Shown piece after piece: positions 40,371 through 54,485 of a stretch of 64,000 nucleotides of DNA (its first letter is position 1; the number at the start of each line of letters is the position of its first letter). The notes beneath the pieces were generated by a model. It saw only the letters and a program-made list of their open reading frames with translations, was not told the DNA's origin and made no database searches. Position numbers and translations under genes: made by a program. Origin of the DNA: Rotaria socialis (Eukaryota); the NCBI GenBank assembly GCA_905331295.1, contig CAJNYD010000459.1:1-64000 (forward strand), given 5' to 3'.

Positions 40371-41537
40371 TAGGGATGCACCAGTAATATTAGTTTTCTA
40401 CTTTCGAAAATAACTATTAGCTAAATAAGTCATTTTCTCCGTCATCACTTCCTTCGTCTATATTCAAGTGAAAAATTGAGTTTTGCACCAGTTTGAAATA
40501 GTATAAGATATTGTACACTCAACTAGCTGATAACGTTATTTAGAACATTTTTCAATAGTTTTCAACGTTTTTGAAGTAAAAAGATCGTTAATTCAGGTCA
40601 TAGTCATGGTAAAAAAAGAAATTGTGCTCAAAAATCTATATCGAACATATTATATATGCACTAAAAGTCAGTCAATGGAGAAAACAATAAATGTATACGT
40701 TGTAAACAATGACGATTGTCACTTGTATTAGTATTAAATAAGAAAATACTATTGGTACGAGGGCAACTTATGCACTGATTTTATTCAATACTAATAGAAC
40801 TACTATATTGATGTTTCAGGTTCAACTTGTAAGTATAAATCCAAAACGATAAAGAGTTAACGACAGTATTTTTGATTACACAAGTTCAAAGATTCTCTCA
40901 AACTATTGGTATCGTTACAAAATTGAACAGGTAATAGTGACATTGCTTGTTTACCGTGCTGTAATTTTCATTTAATATATGTATTATCTGTTCCATATCC
41001 GATATCGTGAACTAAAAAGGTCTAGCTTTATCTATGCAACTTATATACATAAACTAATGCAATAGATATGTGAAAACAGTGTCATTCGGCTGAGAGAGAA
41101 GTAGAAAAATCAAGCCATTTACTTGTACGAGATTTATGTAACTAAAAGTTGATAAAGTTCACTAAATATACAATTATTTTTTTCGCAATTCATTAAACCT
41201 AAGTTCAAGTTGGTATGTTAAACACAGTATCCCGATTCATCGGTTTATCTCATAAGATTGTTTTACTATCTGAGTAAGTCCATGAATGAAATTCTTTGTT
41301 TCTTCAAAAACGTTGAAAACTATTGAAAAATGTTCCAGATAACGTTATCAGCTAGTTGAGTATACAATATTTTATATTGCTTCAAAATGCGGCAAAACTC
41401 AATTTTTCACTTGAATATAGACAAAGGAAGTGATGGCTGAAAAAATGACTCATTTAGTAAATAGTTATTTTCGAAAGTAGAAAACCAATATTGCTGGACC
41501 AGTAGACCAGTATAATACTGATACTGGTGCATCCCTA
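40371..41537. mobile_element. Non-autonomous hAT-like foldback/MITE element with ~210-bp inverted arms
   Basis: Termini TAGGGATGCACCAGTA...TACTGGTGCATCCCTA. Arms ~40371-40585 and ~41295-41537 are reverse-complementary with scattered mismatches. Degenerate 8-bp TSD CGGCCGAG / CCTCCGAG. Confidence 0.9.
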
Positions 41538-42288
41538 CCTCCGAGAGATTATTTCCTTGTAGAAAACAGTCAAACAAAAACTGAACACATGTGCAACACA
41601 AAATGATTCATCATGAAATTGAATTTATTTTTTTCAGCGTTCTCACACAAGCCATGGAAAGTATATAAAATGCATCAATCAATAGCGCGGTCAATGTCTT
41701 CAGTCCTTGTGTGGTACAGTGCTATGATAATTACTGATCTTGCTTATATGGATTAAATAGGATTCGTAGTTTCAGATATTCCCATGAATATTTATGATGA
41801 AATTGGCTGTGTACCTCGAGTTGTGTTATCCGGCATCGGTACTGTTACTGTTGACCCGTTGACCCGCTGAGAACAAACACATCGTACGATATAGCAGTGT
41901 TCCCAATACGTAAGTCACTACCGGAGAAGACTATCTCACACGTAGCACAATCGAGCGATTCAGGATCAAACATGTCTGCCGTATCAGATGTGTTGACGAA
42001 TGAGCGTTGACAAGTTTCACGTTCCGTTATTTGATGTAATCGTCAGTCTACCTTTCTGATTTAAGAGAGTTTGCGTCATGTGTGTACTTATATACGTGTG
42101 TTGCGATTGAGTCATCTGACATTTATGCTGACTCATTTGTGTATTCAGGAGAGGAAACCAAGTAAATGATATATATTCACTATTACAAGAATAAGCAGAA
42201 CATTATATGAAAAAAGTCTACGTAAAGGTGTGATTTCAGATTTCGGTAGAAAAGTATCTTATCCTGTGACTACATTGACACCCACACC

Positions 42289-42454
42289 CAGGGCTTGCCC
42301 GAACTTTCCAACTTGAGGGGGTGGTGTAATAACGTTGTGTCAAGAAAATCTTGCAAGAAAAATGTCAAATTGGGAAGATTCAATTTTTCGCTGGTGGAAA
42401 CTGCTATTTTTTAATTCTTGGGTGGTGTTACACCTCCCGGTCGTGGCAACCCTG
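42289..42454. mobile_element. Small hAT-like MITE (166 bp)
   Basis: Ends CAGGGCTTGCC...GGCAACCCTG, 8-bp TSD CCCACACC / CCCGCACC (1 mismatch); same TIR core as the 5878-6895 element. Confidence 0.75.
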
Positions 42455-42612
42455 CCCGCACCCTTAAAAGTTTTTCAATGACAAAAGAATATTGATCCAT
42501 TTTTTCTTCTCGTTTTATGTGAAATTATGAATGGTCCCTGATCACTATAGATATAACTTTACTATCGTTAACAAAATTGTTTTTATTTTTGAAACAAAAA
42601 CAAACGAAAAAT

Positions 42613-44266
42613 TTACAATGTTTTCATAAAGTTCAAATAATGTTGTAAAGGCGTTTTCGTGACATGTTGACAAAAAAGATCATTTGTTTTTAAACAAAGA
42701 TCTTTCAACGAAACAAAATTAGGCTTTGTTGGATCGAATTGATGACGTCTTAAATATTTTAAATACAAACAACGAGTGCGTAATTGTTGAAAACTTTGTT
42801 TAAGTATAGGTGGATAATCTAGTAGACGTTGTCGCGTTAATTTCATTTCATTGAAAAGAAAATCGAAATTTAATTCTATTAATTTATAATCATAGATAAA
42901 TATTTTTGGATATTGCTGAAACATTTTCTGCAAATCGGCATGTTCAAAGTCTAATAATGAATTCATTTTAAAATACGTATCACTTATATCTTGTAATGGT
43001 AAAGTAAGAAGTTTCGGTGATCGTAAAACGAATTCATTTAGCTGATTTTCATTTAGCTGAAATTTATTCATGAACCAACTTAACTTTGAATCGATCATTT
43101 TCGTGCTGAAATTTAACAAAAATGGTGCACGAATAAGAATATCACTAATATTTTCTCCACTAAAATTTTTGCTTTCGAGATAATTTAAGCGTACGCGTAA
43201 ATCTTCTATTGTTTCTTGGAATATCCATGGATTATAACCAAGAAATTTAGCAAGATATTTATTTTTAATACCTAATTCATTCAGAAAAACAAGATGTTGA
43301 ACACAATCGCGTTCGAAATTAAGTGTTAAAATATATTTTGCTTTCGCATTCGGTTGATTCCAACGGTAAACGTCAACGCCCATTTCAACAAAACGCTTCA
43401 ATGTTGGCGACTCATTTATTAAATAAGCTAAATCAAATGTAAATGGACGCATTGTTGGACGAAGTTCACTGACATAAAGATCAAGAGATCGATGAATATC
43501 TTCATCAGTATATAGATCGCGTAAATCAGGTTGAATTAGAACTTCAAGCGGAATATTTAAACTAAAATAAAGACAAAGTTAGGAAATATTATCTCGTAAA
43601 GCATCACAAAAGAATTCCGCATTCACAGCTTAGATATGTAGGGCCAAAGGATAAAATATTGGGGAATTTTTCAATCGACTTCGTAAAATAGTTTTTTTTC
43701 TCCTGATGAAATAATCGGTTAGAAAAACCGAATGGACCAAATAACATTAGCTAGCTATGGTAATATTATGTTCGTAATTTAAGGGCATGGCACAGGTTGG
43801 TGGATATCTGATTTACTCACGTTTCAGTCTGTTTGTTTAATGAAATAGCATTTGTACTTGGTTTTGGTACAGAGCTTGTTGACGATTGAGAAAAGGCTTT
43901 TTTATCTGTTCCGAGTATTGTTAAATTATCTTTTTCTTCAGAAAACATATCATTATCGTCATCTTCTATAGGTTTTGTATTGGATGATTTCTTCGAATTG
44001 AATCGAGTAGAAGTATATTTATTAAATTGAGGCTTTTTAATGTCTAAATGTTTTTCTTCTGTATCTTTATTTCGTTGTATTCGGTTTTTAGAATTAGGTG
44101 AACGTGGATGAAATTGTGCGAATTGACGATGCTGATTATTGACTTGAGGTGAATATTCTCCATTAGCATCTCTTTTTTGGTGTCGATTTAATAAGCTTGT
44201 CAGCGAAAATAACCGACGATTGTTAAGCGTAACATAAAATACAGATGGAACTGTTCGTTTTAACAT
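42613..44266 (-). CDS. MTERF3: Mitochondrial transcription termination factor 3; exons 44266-43821 and 43561-42613
   Basis: Basic mitochondrial presequence; phase-2 intron joins both ORFs in frame; TFDLAYLINESPTLKRFVEMGVD and QFDPTKPNFVSL...YLNFMKTL C-terminus typical of MTERF3. Confidence 0.92.
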
Positions 44267-45498
44267 CTAAACGATATTAATTATTATTATTTTTCTTGAA
44301 AAAGACAAATTTTTCTTTTTTTTTTATATCAATCATTCAGTTTTTCCGCGCCCAATCAACAAACGATAATGGGCAGTCCAATAGGAATTGACCATTGAAT
44401 TAAAGATGGTACTACATGTTGAAGAAACTAAATAGTCACTCTGAGACCTAAATTAGTTCTGAATATGCTTAACAGAAATTCTACTACTATGAATTCAATG
44501 TTTCCATGCTGTCAGAAACTCTAGGCAGCTCATTTTTGAATTCTTACTTTAAAATTTTTTGTAAAGGCAGACCCTAATGGCAATTTTTGATTGTTTGGAT
44601 CTAAAAAAAATTCATCTTCTTAATAGACTTCCATCATCGGTTAAGTAGCTCATATCTCTACTTACGAGTGTTCTTGACGAACAATACAAACTTAAGTAGC
44701 CAAATCCGGCATCTACTATTCGCTCGTTATTACTCTCATGAGAGACCGAAATTCTTCAATGAACAAAACTAATTCGTTGCAGACATCAAAATTCAATATC
44801 GAAAAAAAAAGAACTTCACGAATCTTTCTCAACTGACGTAACTCTAGTCTAACTAACTATTCAGTGTTCGAATCCAGATATTCATGAGTTTTAAATGATC
44901 ACTAAAAGTTAACTACGAACGCACTTCTGTAACAGATCCTATGATCTCCTATTGCTTTCAGTGCTTACGCTAAAGATTGAAGAGAATTTTTGCGAAAAAA
45001 TTGAAAAATCTAATATTATTCATTTTAAATTATTCAGAATCGTTTTGCATCTTAACATGTGCCGAAAGGCGAAAACAAATAGCAAATCTAAAAAAACATC
45101 GATGTATTTATGAAAGAGTATTGGATTTATTGCGCGCAAAGATTAAATGCATTTTATCCGTAGTAACTTTTGTTTAGGCATTAACTTTCCGATCTACTCT
45201 GTTAGTCATTTATTTCATCCAATCTATATATTCAGTCCATAGATAACTATTAACAATAGTATAAATCATCATTCATTCTTAAGGATACAAATTCGTATTA
45301 TAATCCAATGAATATAAACTTTGCCTATTCGTCGCTATAATCTTTTGTTTTTAATCGAACAGAAAAACAATAGCGACTTATATTCGTCTATACTGACATG
45401 TACATAATATCGTTCTAGCTCTCATACATTCTTTTAAACCTAACGGATATTTCTCATACATTGTCGCTATTCTAGATCAACACTATTTCGCCGATCTG

Positions 45499-46023
45499 AT
45501 GAATCAAAAAATGATTATTGCTATTGTCTTTCTTGTGGCTTTATGTATAGATTTTGGTCAAGGTAAAAGAAATTTTTTTCGGTCAATTGGATAATTCAAA
45601 ATTATTATTTTAGGTCTGACATGTTATCAGCACGATTTTTGCAATAATCACTGTCCATCGTTAATAACAACTATAGTTCAATGTGACGCCGATCAAGATC
45701 ATTGTTGGGTATGAAAAAAAGCAAAAGACGAATTTTTAGCAAAAATAATTTTATAATTTTTAGAAACTCCAAACACTATTCGGCACCAAAAGAGATTGTG
45801 GTAAGTTTTGAAAGAATTTCTTTTTCACGGACATCATTATATTTTTGGGTTTTTCTCTTAAGGCAACGCTAGATGTTTAGTTCAGGTCGATGCAGGTCCT
45901 TTAGAATTTGCGAATGTATGTTGTTCTGGTATATTATGTAATTCGGCGGTTAATATGGAAGCAAAAACACTATTTTTAATGTTGAGTAGTACAATGGCTG
46001 TTCTTCGTGGATATTTTGTTTGA
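45499..46023 (+). CDS. Ly6/uPAR three-finger protein, predicted GPI-anchored; 4 exons (45499-45562, 45614-45708, 45764-45800, 45863-46023)
   Basis: MNQKMIIAIVFLVALCIDFGQG|LTCYQHDFCNNHC...NVCCSGILCN followed by a hydrophobic tail; 10 domain Cys. Not in the ORF track. Confidence 0.88.
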
Positions 46024-46859
46024 TACTAATTAATTGCTTTCTCTTTGTTGGTGTGGTAAAATGTACCAATGTAACGAAAATACGAATACTTTTTTTTCTT
46101 TTTGCATCAATCTATATTAAATAAATAGTAACATTTAGTAATGAAGCGCATAGAAATATGAATTTACTTGAGGTATTTGTACTTGATATTCGTTATACGT
46201 ATATATATGTGCTACATCTACGCACTAATTATTAGACTAGGCTATGGAATTGTTTATGTTGTCATAGTAATACCATCATTACTATAAATTTAGAATTAAA
46301 GTCTCAAATGATGTAAACTTGCTGATGCTGACCGTTACCTATAATTCATTGTCAACATCAGTTTAGAATTATAACAAGGTCGAAAATTCCGAGATTTCGG
46401 AAAAAATTAAATGTTAAAAACTGCTGATTTATTCCATCAAAAATGAAGCACATCTTTTCGCTAAACTAATTAGGCGTTGCAAGCATCGGTACTTGTGATC
46501 TTCTCGATTGCCCGTACTTTCAGCTACATTCAAGAAGAAATAAGCGAATAGATCGAATCTATCTAGATCAATTTTTGTCATACGATGAACCTTCCTTCTC
46601 TATCTTATCCATTTACTTTAGTCATTTTCTCTTTTTTTTCTATTCAGTCACTTGTCGAGTTTTCTCCTTCACCACTTTTTGTCATTCATCGAGGTCGTTA
46701 TAAAAGTTCTACTCCAGGATCTGTGAGAGAAAGAAAGATACATTCTGCCATTCACATCTCTTTTCTCTTTCCCTCTTGGGGAAAAATATAAATAGAACTA
46801 CACACTCGTAATACATTTTTTGCCTCGGATACCAAAAGCAAATTGCAAAAAATTCAAAC

Positions 46860-47309
46860 ATGAAATCAATCATTATCACTGCTATTGTTTTTCTTCATTG
46901 CGCTACCTTTAATGAAGGTAAATTCTTTTACTAGTTTTTCGATTGTAAAATTTCATTTTACATATCAGCTCTTCAATGTTATTCACACGATACTTGTACG
47001 ACCAATTGCCCTCAATTGAGTGACGCAGTTAGAACGTGCGCAAACGATGATAACCGATGCTATAAGCTCGCATTTCCCGGCGGTGTTAGTCGTGGCTGTG
47101 TTAGAGATCGATGCAGTGCTCAAGTAAGATTTAGATTTCCCATAGAATAAACAGTAAAACTAATTTTTTGTTGATCATAGATCAATGGACATTTCATGAT
47201 GGCAAATATATGCTGCGAAAAAGATCTATGCAATTCAGCAACAACACCAAAAATGACACTTAGTGGACTTTTTATACTCATCGCTGTTTTAGTTTTTTCT
47301 CGCATTTAA
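46860..47309 (+). CDS. Ly6/uPAR three-finger protein paralogue, predicted GPI-anchored; 3 exons (46860-46917, 46969-47123, 47181-47309)
   Basis: MKSIIITAIVFLHCATFNEA|LQCYSHDTCTTNCP...VSRGC...NICCEKDLCNSA followed by a hydrophobic tail; 10 domain Cys. Confidence 0.9.
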
Positions 47310-47732
47310 AAATCAACAAACGGATGAATCTCGCTTTACACTCCCAATGTCTTCTCTATGTCTTTCTCGTATGTTCTATTTATCATATATAATCCATATT
47401 TTGTAAAAAAATAAGTACCGAACGTCTTTTCTCTATGTTTCTATTTGTAGTTTTTCTTTTTTCAAGTCATATCTTTTTCTTATAACGTAGTTTATTGTAT
47501 TAGATCCTAACAAAACATTTAGTAAAGATCATAAATAGAATTTCTACGGCTTATCGCGTTATTTGGTTCGAACCGGGATTATTTTTAGTATACAAAGACG
47601 TTTTCTTCTGGCAGCTTGTCACATAATTCAATGATCTCGAACTTGTTTTCCCGTCAAAAGTTTCACAGTCAAACGAAGAAAATTCTATTCAGGAAAAGAA
47701 AAATTTTATTTAAAAAGAAAAAATCGAAGAAT

Positions 47733-50179
<2,447 letters not shown>

Positions 50180-53100
50180 TTTTCGATTTTAAGATAATGG
50201 CCCTGAAAAAAAAATATATATATATTTATATACTGCATAGCGAATAGAAGAAAAAGAGTCAATATGGTCCGGTTGTAAACAGGATACCGATAAACGCAAT
50301 TTGTCAGATTATTTTTTCTTCCCAAGATAATAATCGTTGATTTCGAGAGAAAAAAATATAAGGTTGCCGAAACATTTTTATTCTTGATTTTTTTAGCAAG
50401 TCTTTGACAATTGCAGATTCATGTTTTTTCGACCTCGGGAATCAATCGAAATTTATTTACAATAAGTCAAAATATATAATTTCAACTATTTCAGCATCAA
50501 ATGAGACGAATGTTAAACGACAAGTTTTTCTTAAAAGAAAAAATAAATCCTCAATTACAGTAATGCTTCCGTGCTGAAAATTAGTCTGTAGTAATAAGTA
50601 TCTTCTTCCATAGAGTCGATACATAAAAATTGGATATAGGTCACGAAAAATACTTAGATGTAAACCTATTAATTTAACCTTGAACTTCTTTCTTCAAGGG
50701 ATTTTTTACCTGTGTACTCTTTTTTTCGTAAATTGTGTTTGTCGAAATAAAAAACGGAATTTCATTCGATTCGGTGTCCTTTTAAACACACCCTTTCCTA
50801 TTGACTTTTTTTTATCAGGTAGCTTGAATATGATAAGAACGAGTAAACTATTTTTCTCTTACGATTCTCGTGTAGGTGATAGAATATTCTTTATTCTAGA
50901 ACGAGATAATATCTACCATTGTTCATCTCTATGCTTGAGAAATTGAAGCAAAGACGCAATTGACCGATGAAATAATTTAATTCTGTTGCATACATCCGTT
51001 CTCAGTCTCAAACTTTCTTTTGTTTAACAATTCTATAATGATGAGACTGCATAGTAATTAGAGTATGTCTTCCGCTTTGACGACATTCTATTTAGTTTGA
51101 TCAATAGACGAATAGTACGAGTTGATTTCCTTTTGTTTTGATGCAATGCAAATTTTATAATCATGAAGAAGAAAGAAATATTATCTCATTGTTATTATTC
51201 TTAGTTTGTTCCAAGAATATTTTATGCATTTATTCATGACCTTGTAAGACAGTTCTTATCTTTCTTTTTTCGATGATTATTTTTACACCTGTTGCTTAAG
51301 CTTCAAATTTTCTATCGATCAATATTTCACATCTTCTACATACATACATATGAATAGCCGCTTAGGGAAATTAAAATCAATTGTCCATTGAACAATTAAC
51401 TACGTAGATGCGGAACTATTGCTGTCGTTTTTAATCGATTGCGAATGAATCAAATGATAATATAGAGTAGCTCTTAGAATAGTTAGCAGCTAAAAGTTTG
51501 CCATCAGTATCATTATATCTAATAGTAGACTGACCTTTTCAATAGTGTCCCTGTACACTAGTACAAGGCGCACGCAGTATGATGTAATTAGAAGGAAGAT
51601 TTTCCATGCTCTCAGATTGCATCATTCATTTAGTTTTTTTTTCTTCGTCGTATATGTATATATATATATATATTAAATTTATGCACCTCAAGAATCAATT
51701 TCGATGAGGTCAACGTTGAGATGACACAACCGGAAGGTTAAAATTTTCTTAGACATAAAAAAAGAGTGAGAGAAAGAAAATGACCATTGTAATTCATCGA
51801 TTAGCTTTTCTTTATCTGATAATTGTTTATGCATATGTACAGAACAACGAGTCTTCTCGTCTGTTCATAGCAAATAAATATAGCTGATGCATCAAGCCTA
51901 AGGCAAAAAGTGAAAGAGACGTGTGATGAATAAGTACGCACAATTTTAAGATCGATAGATAAATCAAAAAACAACATACTCAATAATGTCAATTACACTC
52001 AAACGGTATGGTGACTTTTTTTCTTTGTTCACATGTACGAGTTTTTCTTTTGCTATCATATCATATTGCCACATATTAAACTAATCTCTTAACTTGATGT
52101 CTCGACGAGTATTTTCTTGCATAAACATTACTTAGAACGTACATTTATTCATCATTCTTATCGGTAGTAATAACAATTCCGAATCACGTTCATATCTAAG
52201 CTACTTATATTTTTTGCATCAAGACGTAGAGTTAAATGCAACTAATGACGACCATGATGATGATGATGATGATTTGTTGTTGTGCATCAACTCGTCTCGA
52301 CATCCTCTAACATCGACTCATTGTTGTATTTTCCTTCCGTGAATTTATTTAGCTATAAGTTACGTCTCAATGGCAGTAACATAAATATATCTTAACGATT
52401 GGATTGCCGTATCTATGTCTTTCTTTTGTGTTAGTTTGAAAATAGCCTTACTAGATGTTTTAAAACGATGGATCATCCCTAGTTAATTATATCATATTGA
52501 GCAAGCGGCTGTTGTTCGCATAGGGTGGTATGTCATCGTTGTTCGGGCTTTTTTCTTCCTCGCTCAATTAGACAATAATCTCAGTTGCTTCCCTCAAATA
52601 TGCATAACATTAACGACATCGTATGTTTTGTCTCTCCAGCTAAATCAAGTAGTAAAGCATATAATCTTATTTCACAATACATATACTCAACAGCTGAACA
52701 AGTTCTCATATCATTGTATGATATCTTGTCGAATATAAAACAGGTGAATGATGCAACTGTGTTGATGAAAGAGATAAATGAACAGTAGAAGAGACCACCT
52801 ACTGGCCAATTTTTCTTTAATATTTAATATCCTTTTTTCCTATCACTTGTTGTTTCTATGATGATGACTATTACGTAAAAAAGAAGGAAGAACAAAGTAC
52901 AATTCACATATATCATTTTTTTTTATATATATATATAAGCATGAAAATAGATCATTTCATTGTTTGATGTAGAATAAGTATTACATTTCGAATTGTTGGC
53001 CGCAAAAAAAGAAAATAGTCACAGCTGTGTTTTGCTTAGAAGAAGAGACATGTCACTTGACTGTTCTCTGTTACGTCAATTTGTCTGTCTGTACTAATCT

Positions 53101-53508
53101 ATTTTGTATGAATGCATAGTCTCTTCTTTCTTTTCTTCTTCTTCTTCGTCTCATCATTATTGGTACCACATTGTATATGTATAGAAACGTAATCGAAGTG
53201 CCTATATTTAGTTAAATAGTACATAAGAGATGATCGTGTCAGATGAGCACATCTTTGCGGATAAAAACTGAGTTGGCATCGTTTTTGCATGTTCAAATCT
53301 TCTATTTGATAGACACGCGTGTCCAACAAAACCAATGACAAAGAAGCACGTAGACAGCAAAAAAGAAAGAAATTTCATGTGTTGTGCGAAGCAGGTGAGA
53401 GACGAAGCCTAGCTGATTAACACTTCTATAAATGTGTATGCTTTGCATTCTGAAAAACATAATCACATCTTGTAGGTAAGCAAAAGAAGAGTCGTGCCTA
53501 GTTTTATA

Positions 53509-53530
53509 TGTGTGTGTGTGCGTGTGTGTG
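53509..53530. repeat. (TG)n microsatellite
   Basis: tgtgtgtgtgtgcgtgtgtgtg. Confidence 0.85.
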
Positions 53531-54485
53531 TTTTTATAATAGCATGTTATCAAACAACAGTTAGATTGTATACATTGTAACTATAATTTGTGTGCATTAG
53601 CAGATCAAAACGGAAAACATCTACCCAAGAAGAAGAAAAAAAACATGATGTAACTACGTCTGATAGTTCACTTATTGGCAAGGTCTATTATTCTAATAAG
53701 CAAGTTCATCTTTCTATCTGCTTATTAATTGTTCGTATGTCCTTGTGTATATGTTGATTATGATGTTGCGTGTACGATAATGATTGACGATCATTGATGC
53801 ACATGAATCGAACGAGAAGGAGTGCATCTTTAAAGCACATAGAATAGGAAGAAAAAGGGTGTGTGTGATGATCCAAAACGTCCTTGCTTAAAGGAAGCAA
53901 TATATGCCATTTTTTCCTCTTTGAGCAGTCTCACGCTTGAGTATCTAATAGTGTTATTGTTTATAGGGCATCTTTTTGTTAATAATGGATCTTAACTATA
54001 TAACTCACTGAAATTGTTGACGAATGATGATTGTTTCTGTAAACTTTCCCTTCACAATTAAGATATTGTTATCTTGAAAGGATACAAAGAAAACCTATTT
54101 TTGTTCCTTATTCATCGATATAGATCTATGATGAAATTGTCGGTGAATCGAGAAGAGAAAAGTCAAGTAGAAGCATGTAAACAAAAGACTGGCATGGCAT
54201 CTCTGGTTAATATCTTTAACTTCGAGTTAATTATTCACTATTGCTTCTGTTCATTAGAAAGAATAGCAGACACGTAGAGAGATATATTTGACTATGATTG
54301 ATCGCGAACATCGATCTACATGTAATACGATCGAAAAATAATTGAAGAGGTAAATACATTTTGTTTTTTTTATTAAGAACCACTTGAAAATTAAATATTA
54401 CATATTCCCCCTTTGCGCTGTATCATCAAAGAAAATGCACAGAGAAAGAGAGAGAGAGAGAGACAGAGAGAGAAGGAGAAACATC

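Noticed and set aside
50200..54400. Hidden gene in the 4-kb HPD-UNC5 divergent intergenic region
   Set aside because: Only short ORFs and simple repeats; most consistent with UTR and regulatory DNA.
54435..54485. Upstream in-frame ATG giving an RERERE extension to UNC5
   Set aside because: The extension is a (GA)n microsatellite; the signal peptide starts cleanly at 54486.
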